Shown here piece after piece: positions 1 to 13,834 of a stretch of 64,000 nucleotides of DNA. Origin of the DNA: Eledone cirrhosa (lineage: Eukaryota); NCBI GenBank assembly GCA_964016885.1, contig OZ024742.1:202616001-202680000 (forward strand), given 5' to 3'. Position 1 is the stretch's first letter, and every line of letters begins with the position of its first letter. The notes under the pieces were generated by a model that was given only the letters and a program-made list of their open reading frames with translations, made no database searches and was not told where the DNA came from. The translations under genes and the position numbers were made by a program.

Positions 1-92
1 AATCGGTCAGGCATACCGAAAACGATAAGTTGAAAAAAATGAAAACGAAAAACGAAATTTCATTTCTCACTCTTAGTATGGCACTTACTTAA

Positions 93-1100
<1,008 letters not shown>

Positions 1101-1296
1101 CAAATATTTACACATACAAGTAAATAGGTACTCAATAAATATACTCATATACGCAGGCACATAAAGACACCTCTACAGGCAGAAAATGTAGATACGAAAG
1201 AGGTACTCACATAACCATAGTGGCCGTATTTCAGGTTGAGGAGGGGTGGGGGTAGGGTGGGGAGGAGGTATAGAGGCCAATAGGGGGAGGTCGTTT

Positions 1297-2045
1297 TTAG
1301 CCATCAGGCTTTAACACTGGCTTAAAGTGTTTGAATGTTGCAAAGTTCTTGTGCATGCAGTTCGGGCAGTGTTCAGAGAGTTTGTTCAGTAGCGGGCCCT
1401 TGGCGAATAAAATTTCGTAGCTCTCTGAAATACAAAGGTCGCAGCCCTTGTGTCCTCCGTTGTAAGAGCGCGCTTTCTGGAGTATTTTCCAATTAAGCGT
1501 GAAGGGGGTGGAGTTCCTTTTGAGGTCCCAAACGTAGGAGGCGAGTGTTGTCTGATTTGATTTATCCGGTCTTCTGAAGGAGTGGGTATGGGCATACCAA
1601 CGGGTCTTAAAGTTGTTGGAGGTCATGCCGATGTAAGTTTTTTTGCAATCCTCGGTGCCTGAGATGACATCGCATTTGTATACGATGTCATTTGTGAGGC
1701 ATTTGTTTTCTAGTGGGCATGCTTCCTTATTTAGGCAATTACATAGAGCCCAGTCCGGGGATTGGTTTCGGAGGTGGTTGGCTTATTTAGTTTAGAGTTG
1801 TGGTTGGCTATATTCCTAGCTAGGTTAGGTGTGGTGGAGTAAGACAGTCTTATAGTGTTCTTATTAAAGATGGTGTAGTACCTATGTTGTATGGGGAAGT
1901 GTAATTTCAGTAAAGTGAAGAAAATCCTAGCTATCGGAGTAGATACCTCTCTATTGAAGGGAGGGCTGTACCAGCTAATCTGCCTATGTCTATTCCTCCT
2001 CTGCAATTTTGCGGTGGTTTCTAGGTAAGTTATTTTATCTTTAAA
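1297..2045 (-). pseudogene. PLE 3' fragment: RT C-terminal region plus GIY-YIG endonuclease, frameshifted
   Basis: Translations contain WYSPPFN..IFFTLLKLHFP..IFNKNTIRLSYS, CPLENKC..VYKC..TYIGMT..FKTRWYAH and CDLC..E..LNK..E..C.H, the same type as 46570-47002 and 60933-61619. Confidence 0.88.
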
Positions 2046-2568
2046 TATATCTATGTTGGTATACCCCCCCCCCCTCCCCTAGTCTATGATAGATTTGGCG
2101 GACTCCGCCCTTTATAGGAGTTGGCTTAGACCCCGGATACTTGCCCCCTTTTTCCGACCGCTCCCACTATTCTCTGTGCCCTCTATATTTCTTAGTGGCA
2201 CTTATGCCTTATTTTTTCGTTTCAGTATTTCTTGCTTCGCTTTTCTTCTGGGCGGGGTGGATCCTGAATTTATTTCTCCGTATTCTACCTTTATTTCGTA
2301 CGAACTTTCATGTAGCTTGTTTTAGATCTTTTAGAGTTAGCATTAGTATATATTTTTCTCGGGACTCAGAATTATTATCTCGTACAAGTTCACTTTGCTG
2401 CACTGGGTCGTTGCTGGCCCGGGATGGAAACCTTTATTGTTTATTTCGTGGTAGTCTCTTTAGTATTTTGGCCCCTTTTGTTGACCCGTCACCGTATCAT
2501 TTACGTACTTATACCTCTTAAAAGGGTCCTTGCCTATTTCGTCCCACCTAGTTCTTTTACTTATTTCG

Positions 2569-2599
<31 letters not shown>

Positions 2600-3039
2600 C
2601 TTCTTTCTTTCTTTCTTTATTTTATTCTAGCCTAACAATAGCCTGACACCTAGGTCGTAGAATTTAATTTACTTTACTTTTTACTTTACACTTATTTGCT
2701 TTTCTTCACTATCAGTATTTTTTCTTTCCTATATATTTCTACCCCCCATTGTTCTACCTACCGTTCCGACTTTCTCCCCCTCCCCCTCCCCTGTATCTTC
2801 TTTGACCTCGTTGCTTTCACTTCAATTTATTATAATAAATTTATAATAAATTTATAAATTTATAAATTTCTGGTTGGTTGGTTGGTTCCACAACCAGATA
2901 GTTGTTTATATATAGTCATAGTTCTTTCGTCACATACTCTGTGACATCTTCAGTGACTGGGGATTCCTTTCTTTGTTTCTGTGCCTCTCCTTTGTTCTGT
3001 CCTACGCCATTTTGTTTCTGTGTGTGTGTTGTGTGCTCA

Positions 3040-3603
3040 TGGTATGATAGCAATAAATACCAGAGTGTAATGTTCATCGATACAACCCCTAGAGGTGAAT
3101 AAGCTTACAAATTTAGAAGGGCTCTAAATAAACATAAACTCAATATTAAGATAGTAGAAAGACCAGGTACCTCCGTAAAAACACTTATTAGCAAGACATA
3201 CCCTTTTCAAAGACCCTCATGTATAGATAAGAAATGTATAACCTGTAAAATAAGCCCCCATATTAACTGTAAAACTAGAAATGTAGTGTATAGCATAAGA
3301 TGTACTGAAGGACAATGTAGAGACAAAAATATAGTGTACATAGGTGAGACAGCTCGTAGTGTAGGGGAACGGATAAATGAACACTGGCGAGACCTTCAAG
3401 ATAATAAAGAATCATCTGTACTCTACCAACATGCTAAAATAGAACACAAGAGTAAATTAGAGAACATAGAAATAAAAATAGAATCTACACACAGAAAAGA
3501 CGCAATGTTTAGACAAATTACAGAGGCAATAAACATAAAAGAATTACAACCAAAATTAAATAGAAAATATGAGTGGAACAGCAACATCACAACTTACAAT
3601 TAA
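3040..3603 (+). pseudogene. PLE GIY-YIG endonuclease C-terminal fragment
   Basis: ORF 3286..3603: YSIRC..YIGETAR..ERINEH..EAINIKELQPKLN. Confidence 0.88.
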
Positions 3604-3803
3604 GGACAAAATGAAAACACACACACACATAGAACAAACAACCAACCAGTAACATGTGAATAAACAAATAAATAAATGAACATAAACACACACAGACACC
3701 CGGATGTGGCGCATGCGCAGACTGAGCACACAACACACACACAGAAACAAAATGGCGTAGGACAGAACAAAGGAGAGGCACAGAAACAAAGAAAGGAATC
3801 CCC

Positions 3804-3848
3804 AGTCACTGAAGAGGTCACAGAGTGTGTGACGAAAGAACTATGACT
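3804..3848 (+). ncRNA. Minimal type I hammerhead ribozyme in pLTR (inverted copy 2914-2958, minus strand)
   Basis: agtca-CTGAAGA-g-gtcac..gtgac-GAAA-gaac-TA-tgact. Stem I agtca/tgact. Confidence 0.8.
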
Positions 3849-3974
3849 ATATATAAACAACTATCTGGTTGTGGAACCAACCAACCAGAAATTTATAAAT
3901 TTATAAATTTATTATAAATTTATTATAATAAATTGAAGTGAAAGGAACTGGTGCGTGTGTTTCTTATTGGCAAC

Positions 3975-6210
3975 ATGACCCTCCCAAAGTATAACAATAT
4001 CGGTTTCAACACACGATTTCAGATAAAGAATCTTGCTAAACAAATTCAGAAACGAAATATCGTAAGCCTTAGCCAGGCTAACAAGATACTGAAAACAACC
4101 ATGTTCTGTTGTCTTCGAAAAACCATAACATCTCGACAACTATACTTCATAAAAGAATGCGCTTCATCCCGAGTTTACACCAACACCATCAACACCGACG
4201 TTAGAAGATTACAACTCACCAAAAAACAAGCAGATAGGCTAAAACGAACATTAATTCTAAACATAAAAAAGAAAATCTATAGAGAATTAAGTCATCAAGA
4301 AAAACATAAGCGTAACCTAATACAAGAAATAGCTAGGATCACCACACCAAGAGAGAAACTAATATTTATAAGCCTTATACGCCCTGAAGAACAGTACATT
4401 ACTCAAGAATGTGATAAGCACTTTAACAAGAAACTAAAGTGGCTTAAGCAGATAAAGCTAAATCAGGATACTATAGAGAATACCAATAGATATCCCGACA
4501 AAAATGACGGTATAAATATGGCCGACACCTCATTAACAGAAGAGTTCAACAACAACAACAACACAAATATATACGGTAACACAAGAATAGATAACGATGA
4601 GATGTCTGTGTTATGTTTACCCCCGAAATTTGCGACATTCAAGAAGGTAAATATGATTAGTTGTCTGTCAGAAATAGAAAAATCATTTACAAAACTACGC
4701 TGGAGCCTCAAAAACAAAAACAAAAACAAAAGCAACAATATACGCACACACATATACAACACACATCCCAACAACAACAGACACACAGACACAAACAACA
4801 ATAACAACAACACACACACCAACAACAACAACAATAACAACATACCCAGAAACAACAACAGACACGCAGACACAAACAGCAATAACAACACACACAACAA
4901 CAATAACACACACGGAGACAACAATAACACACACGGAGACAACAACAACACACATCAACAACAGCACACATCAACAACAACAACACACACACATTCAATG
5001 CCTCTCACCACCACCACAAACTTAACAAACACACAGACACAGAAAACAAGTAATGACAGTAGCACAGAAATCATAGAAATAAGGGAAAGTAATAGGATTA
5101 AAAAGAGAAGGGAGACTAAGGACAAAGAGAATAACCAAGACGAACACACAAACACACAAAATAGGGTAGATAACAACAATGAGCCAGTGGAAAGAGACAG
5201 GAGTAATTGTGAGAGACATAGAAACAACCATGAGGCTGTTGGTGGAAATAGAAATAGAAACAACACAACTAACAATAACAATAGCACTAGTACACATAAA
5301 GCAGCAGCCTGGAACTCTACGTTTTATAATCCCTCCGATAAATCATTCGACCTGCGACGAGTCCACGCCACGACTTTACCATTTAACAAACGCACGCAAT
5401 TGCCGTCGCAGGTCGATGAACAAACAGAAGCACAATTTAGTATAGCTAGATCCGAACTTAGAAATATTATAGAACAGTATAGCAAGAAACATAATAGAAT
5501 GGAGGCCCAGCAACTGGGAGAAAAATCTGCAAATGGCTTGCGTAAGCTCATACAGCGCTCACGTAATGGAGAGATAGCATGCTTTCCAACAGACAAGTCT
5601 GGCAGAATGTCGGTTGACAGCCTGCCAAACTACATCCAGGCAATGCAACCCCACATCACTAACACAAGAGAGGTAACACCACAGGAGCATGAGGATAGAG
5701 AAAAAGCCCTCAATGCCCATATGGTGATGTGGACGAATATAATGCAGCCCAACAAAAGGATTGCCAACAACTTCCAGGCCTGGAACAATGACGTGCCGGC
5801 GTTGTATGGGCTTCGAAAAGACCATAAAACGGGCTGTGACCCTGTCGCGGGACCACCAACACGGCCAGTCTGTGGAGCTAACATTGCTAGTAACTACAGA
5901 CTGTCCTACTTCCTCTCCCTGATCATACGCCCCATCATTGAAATGTCCCCAGATGTATGTTGTCATACATCTGGGACCACCTCAGCAGAATCGGCGTGAG
6001 TAACCGATCTGGGGACCTAACAAACTGCATAATAGGCAGTATGGATGTTGTGTCCCTGTATCCATCTATTGACGTGGATTTTGCTGTGGAGAAAGCGTAG
6101 AAATGATCAGTGAGAGCAAGGTTGAGTTCCGTGGGATTGATACCAGTGAGCTGGGACTCCTACTTAAGCTTAACTATAGTAATAATTACCTAGATACATA
6201 TGACCTTCAT
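3975..6210 (+). pseudogene. PLE ORF N-terminal part and start of RT, frameshifted near 5970-6000 and truncated
   Basis: ATG at 3975 (MTLPKYNNI). PLE motifs VLCLPPKFA, PTDKSGRM, LYGLRKDHK, PPTRPV. After the shift, IGSMDVVSLYPSID (~6030-6075), the first RT catalytic Asp motif. Confidence 0.85.
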
Positions 6211-6214
6211 ATGA

Positions 6215-7767
6215 CCAAAACCACTACTAATTTATTGGTGTGTTAGTAGGCTTCTGTCATCTTACCATCCCACTCCTACCGACCAGCCTCAGTGTCACGT
6301 GATTGATTCTTTAGAATCTGCCATTTGTCCAATGACAGCGAGATTTTCAGTGCATGGAATCCAGTCCCCGCTAGCTCTTCCATCTACCGAATTATTATTA
6401 TTTTTATATGAGTCCCCAGTGTCCGCGCATTGCCTGGAGACTTAGCTGAGAATAGACTCTCTGATGACGCAATGAATTCTCGACAGTTTATTACGTAACT
6501 GTCTTTATCCCATTGCAGAAACTAATTAGTTGGAGTGAAAATTTTAGTAAGTAAGTTAATTTTTTAAAATTTTCTTATTTTACGTCTTTTATATTATTGT
6601 TCTGCTTCCTCCTGCATTGAACCACCTAGGTACTATGACATAACCAGTGTATTTGCTAGCATTAGCGTACATCTGTACGCATATGTTAGTAGATATACTA
6701 AATTCTCTATATTTATCTCCAAATTACTTATTTGTCGAGCAAATCTGCCAAAACCACTACTAATTTATTGGTGTGTTAGTAGGCTTCTGTCATCTTACCA
6801 TCCCACTCCTACCGACTAGCCTCAGTGTCACGTGATGGATTCTTTAGAATCTGCCATTTGACCAGTGACAGCGAGATTTTCAGTGCAAGGAATCCAGTCC
6901 CCGCTAGCTGTTCCATCTACCGAATTATTATTATTTTTATATGACTCCCCAGTGTCCGCGCATTGCCTGGAGACTTAGCTGAGAATAGACTCCCTGATGA
7001 CGCAATGAATTCTCGACAGTTTATTACGTAACTGTCTTTATCCCATTGCAGAAGCTAATTAATTGGAGTGAACATTTTAGTAAGTAAGTTAATTTTTTAA
7101 AATTTTCTTATTTTACGTCTTTTATATTATTGTTCTGCTTCCTCCTGCATTGAACCACCTAGGTACTATGACATAACCAGTGTATTTGCTAGCATTAGCG
7201 TACATCTGTACGCATATGTTAGTAGATATACTAAATTCTCTATATTTATCTCCAAATTACTTATTTGTCGAGCAAACCTGCCAAAACCACTACTAATTTA
7301 TTGGTGTGTTAGTAGGCTTCTGTCATCTTACCATCCCACTCCTACCGACTAGCCTCAGTGTCACGTGATTGATTCTTTAGAATCTGCCATTTGTCCAATG
7401 ACAGCGAGATTTTCAGTGCAAGGAATCCAGTCCCCGCTAGCTGTTCCATCTACCGAATTATTATTATTTTTATATGAGTCCCCAGTGTCCGCGCATTGCC
7501 TGGAGACTTAGCTGAGAATAGACTCCCTGATGATGCAATGAATTCTCGACAGTTTATTACGTAACTGTCTTTATCCCATTGCAGAAACTAATTAGTTGGA
7601 GTGAAAATTTTAGTAAGTAAGTTAATTTTTTAAAATTTTCTTATTTTACGTCTTTTATATTATTGTTCTGCTTCCTCCTGCATTGAACCACCTAGGTACT
7701 ATGACATAACCTGTGTATTTGCTAGCATTAGCGTACATCTGTACGCATATGTTAGTAGATATACTAA

Positions 7768-7772
<5 letters not shown>
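6215..7772 (+). repeat. Tandem array of ~2.9 copies of a 533-bp hammerhead-containing unit (retrozyme-like)
   Basis: Units start at 6215, 6748 and 7281 and are nearly identical. The array ends in (TA)n. Confidence 0.92.
7522..7602 (+). ncRNA. Type I hammerhead ribozyme (other copies 6456-6536, and 6989-7069 with GAAG)
   Basis: actcc-CTGATGA-tgcaatg..(gacagtt/aactgtc)..cattgca-GAAA-ctaattag-TT-ggagt. Confidence 0.8.
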
Positions 7773-7806
<34 letters not shown>

Positions 7807-7809
<3 letters not shown>

Positions 7810-7998
7810 AAAGCGTGTGGCTCAATGGTTAGAGAATTGGATTCGCGGACCAGGCGATGCGTTATGTCCTTGAGCAAGACACTTTATTTCACGTTGCTCT
7901 TTCTACCTGGAGTTGCGACCGATAGATAGTATTAGCAACTGGAAAGACCGATGGAAACAATGTTTACTCCGTCCGATTTGACGAAAGTCGATCGTTCC

Positions 7999-7999
<1 letters not shown>
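7807..7999 (+). mobile_element. tRNA-derived SINE, internally deleted (same family as 22886-23111)
   Basis: A-box tggctcaatggttaga, central gtccttgagcaagacactttatttcac, 3' part shared with 22886-23111. Confidence 0.75.
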
Positions 8000-8031
<32 letters not shown>

Positions 8032-8084
8032 AAGGGCATGTGCATGTATGTATATGCATATGATACACACACACACACACATAT

Positions 8085-8282
8085 AGCAATGTGTTTTCGT
8101 GAATGACCACCAGTTGCCCATGTATGCCAGTCTCCCCTCTCCACTCCACCGATGTTGTTGTCCAATGGAAAGACAATTGCCTATATTGCTTGGCACTACT
8201 GATGTTACAACTCATTTCTGCAGCTGAGTAAACTGAAGCAACGTGAAATAAAGTGTCTTGCTCAAGGACACAACGTACCACA
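8085..8282 (-). mobile_element. SINE fragment (same central domain, different 3' tail)
   Basis: Minus strand reads ttgtgtccttgagcaagacactttatttcacgttgct, followed by an unrelated tail. Confidence 0.65.
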
Positions 8283-8398
8283 CTGTTTTAACCCTAAACG
8301 GGATCTGAAACTGTTTCAAAAGATCCCCTTTTGGGTGAAAGCAGAAATATTTGGCTTAAACTTTAATCTATACTAATTATAAATATTTTCTCTACGAG

Positions 8399-8512
<114 letters not shown>

Positions 8513-8794
8513 ATATATATATACAGTCCTTTATTATTATTCGTATTTTACTATTATTCGTATAAATATGCAATTTATCTGCACTTTACACTTCCATCAT
8601 TGAAAAAGCATATAATGCTGAAACCGGTACCTCAATTAAATGCGGAAATCCCCACTTTATAATTAAATGTGTTGATATTATACTGAAAATTCCCCTCCAG
8701 CATTTTCTACTGCAATTTTTTCATTTTTACTATTTGTTTATATATAGCACCTCGTGTGTCACTTTCTATATTCCATATATATATATATATACAT

Positions 8795-8940
<146 letters not shown>

Positions 8941-9663
8941 AAATGTATATATATATATATATATAGGGAAGAGTAAAAAAACATAGAGAGAGAGGTTGAG
9001 TGAGTTGTAGATACATAGATATTTAGATAGATAGATGGACATATAGGCAGACAAATTGAACATGAGTTTAATCCCACTATGTGGTATTTTGAGCAGGTAT
9101 AATTTACTATAGCCTCGTAAAATGAATTTTTATTCACTAAGTGCGATTAAGGTTGGTTACGTGTGTTGCACAATTTTTCAAGTTCTTTTAGCAATTACAA
9201 TGCCAAAGCTCAATCTAATACAAAGTATGACCCTTCATTACACACATGTAAATGCATCAACCTTAGCAATTGCCAGATTGACATTAACGGTTGTCTGCAA
9301 GTTATTAAATCCTATTGTTTAAAAATATACCTAGAAACTAAATCGAGACTAAAGTTTTATAATGGGTAAACAGAACAAGTCTTTAAGGTTCGTTGTTATG
9401 TTTGTCTTTGTAAATTTGTTATATTAATTGAAGCTTTAATTTTACGACAAACCAACCTAAATATATCTGGCATTTGAAAGAGACATACAACCTCATACAC
9501 ACACAGAATCACCTCAATCTTCAAAAATATTATCAAATATCGGCTAATTTTATTAATTAATGAGATCCAATCGTTTTTCGTTTTTCTTTTCTGCTTTCTC
9601 GTCTGAACAGATACTGCAAGACATTCAAACCACTCTCTAAACATTCTCATAATTCACCATTTT

Positions 9664-9722
<59 letters not shown>

Positions 9723-9968
9723 CTTATTTTGATCAATACATAAAATATCGATCGTATCTTCTGGCATATGCACGGGCCAAAAGGGCCGCTAAAAATTGTG
9801 CATCGTAATGTCCTTAAGCCAGTTCAACTAAATTAAAATAAGAAAACATGATGTTAAGGAGCAAAAATAGAATAATAAATCAGTAGATATTGCCAAGACA
9901 AAATAGACAAAATGTATCTAAGAACGTGAGTATGTATATATATATATGTGTGTGTGTGTGTGCGTGAG

Positions 9969-10012
<44 letters not shown>

Positions 10013-10261
10013 TAGTTAATTTCTACGGACTAAGAGGAAAGACTAGGTGAATTTTATCTGATTGTTCTTCACAGAGGAACGTCTGTGACATTTATCTGTT
10101 ATTTCTTCAAAGTTGCATTTTAAATTTAGCTCCGTTTAAATGATTATTTATCTAGTTGATTTCTACGGACCAAGGAGGAAAAGAATTGGATATATTTTGT
10201 CTGACTGTTCTTCAAACTTATAATTATATATATATATATATATACATAGATATATATATAT

Positions 10262-10688
10262 AATGAAAATAAAAGTTACGGGCAGTAAAGAGGGTAATAT
10301 CCATCGTCAGTTTTCTGCTAGGAATCATAGGTATTTGTTCGGATTAGAGACAAGATACCTCAGCCTAGGGCGAACATAACTAAAATAAGTTATTGGCATA
10401 AAAAAAAAGGGAGGAGAGAGAGAAAAAACTGTAAACAGACACGAAGCAACGAAAGAGGAAAAAAATGTGAGCAACGAAAGAGGAAAAGTATCAAAAACTC
10501 ATTTCGAACATAAGATCAGGAAGGTGTACAATGCTGACGATAGCTAATAAGCTTGAAACTAGTTCATCGTTCCTTTGTCAGTGTTGAACAAAAGGGCAAC
10601 GATGGTTGCCGAACACTGTACGGCGTAATTCGGGCTGTTTGTTTACAAACAAACCGAACATTATAATAAATATTCGGTAAACCCATAC

Positions 10689-10729
<41 letters not shown>

Positions 10730-12480
10730 CATGTATGTATATATATACATACTACTGTACGTCTGTATACATATATGTATGTAAGTATACATACATACTT
10801 ACATTTAAGTATCAGCCGTACTAAGAGTGAGAAATAAAATTTCGTTTCATTCTTTTCCATTTATATATATATATATAAATGGAATAGAATGAAACGAAAT
10901 TTCATTTCTCACTCTTAGTACGGCTGATACTTAAATGTAAGTATGTATGTATACGTACATACATATATGTATACAGACGTACAGTAGTATGTATATATAT
11001 ACATACATGCACACATATATATATGCACGAAACGGTTTACCGAACATTTATTATAATGCTCGGTTTGTTTGTTTGTAAACAAACAAACAGCCAGAATTAC
11101 GCCTAGGCAACCACGTCAGCCGTTAACTAACTCTTATTTATCATATCTATATGTATTAGTATAATTTTATCAATATAAATATACCCTTCAATTAAATTAA
11201 TTTATATTCTTTTCATAGATGTATTTTTTTCACTAACATTCTTATCGTAAAACTTTAGTCACCTTAGATATTTGTATTGGCATTACTATTTTATAACAGC
11301 AACTGCTTGTATACCATTTACTGACCACCTGACCTATTTTCACCCCTAAAATAAGCTTCAATTACTACTATTTTACCATTTGGCCAATTATTAACTTTCT
11401 ATTGGTTAATTCTAAACCTCTTACCAAACAGACAGAATATATTAGATCTTTGTTGGTTTTATTCAATGAACAAATAAAATTATTTCTGAGGTCAGCATAA
11501 GACCTATTTCTTCCCTAAAATAATCCTTCATTCATAATATTCTTTTCCATCCAAAACTGAAATCTACCTTCCTCTACCCATAATTTAAGGTTCTTCTACT
11601 ACTATATTACTATCTTGACCCTCACTATCTCTCTATTGGTCAATTCAAAACCTGTTCCCAAACAGACCTATTGTATTGAATCTTTGTTTTTTTCAATAAA
11701 CAAATATCATTATTTCTGAAGACAGCATATATATGTGTAGGTATGTATATTCCCTCTGATAGTTTGTATAAATACTGTACATAGATCTATAGAATATGCA
11801 TACCAACTCTAACACATATATATCCTAGAAACGATCGTAAAATGATGAATTTTTTTTAATATAAGGAACTGTTTCTTTGTTTATTCATTATTTTATTAAT
11901 TTATATATATATATATATATATAATGAAAATAAAAGTTACGGGCAAAAGAGGGTGATATCCATCGTCAGTTATCTGCTAGGAATCATAGGTATTTCTTCG
12001 CATTAGAGACAAGATACCTCAGCCTAGGGCGAACATAACTAAAATAAGTTATTGGCAGAAAGAAAAGGAGGAGATTGAGAAAAAACTGTAAACAGACACG
12101 AAGCAACGAAAGAGGAAAAATATGAAGTCAACAACTCATTTCGAACATAAGATTAGGAAGGTGTACGATGCTGACGATAGCTAATAAGCTTGAAACTAGT
12201 TCACCGTTCCTTTGTCAGTGTTGAACAAAAGGGCAACGATGGTTGTTGCCTGAACACTGTACGGCTTAATTCGGGCCGTTTGTTAACAAACAAATCGAAC
12301 ATTATAATAAATGTTCGGTAAACCCATACGTACATATATATATATGTGTGCATGCATGTAAATGTATACATACTGCTGTACGTCTGTATACATATATGTA
12401 TGTACGTATACATACTTATATTTAAGTATCAGCCATACTAAAAGGAAATGAAATTTCGTTTCATTCTTTTCCATTTATAT
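10262..12480. repeat. Dispersed repeat family A cluster: 10262-10862 and 11922-12477 direct copies, 10875-11105 inverted; further copies at 1-95 and 15715-16590
   Basis: Shared gaaacgaaatttcatttctcactcttagta..cttaaatgtaagtatg. Palindrome centred on (TA)n at ~10868. Confidence 0.8.
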
Positions 12481-12508
12481 ATATAAAAATATATATATAT
12501 ATACACAT

Positions 12509-13703
<1,195 letters not shown>

Positions 13704-13704
13704 T

Positions 13705-13737
<33 letters not shown>

Positions 13738-13757
13738 ATATATATATATATATATGT

Positions 13758-13826
<69 letters not shown>

Positions 13827-13834
<8 letters not shown>

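Larger units (their letters stand above)
2815..6213 (+). mobile_element. PLE (family C), partial tandem: inverted pLTR 2815-3039, 5'-truncated GIY-YIG end 3040-3603, pLTR ~3604-3945, then ORF start truncated inside RT
   Basis: 2815-3039 is the reverse complement of 3722-3944. GIY-YIG motif VVYSIRC..VYIGETARSVGERINEH. Downstream ORF leads into RT motifs. Confidence 0.9.

Noticed and set aside
4463-5966. Antisense ORFs overlapping PLE coding regions
   Set aside because: They are shadow ORFs of an A/C-rich coding strand with no independent motifs.
6215-7772. Tandem array as CRISPR or plain satellite
   Set aside because: No repeat-spacer alternation and a eukaryotic context. The hammerhead and stem-loop point to a retrozyme or pLTR origin.
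7925-7960. Faint 5S rRNA internal-promoter resemblance in the SINE tail
   Set aside because: The match is too short and gapped to support.
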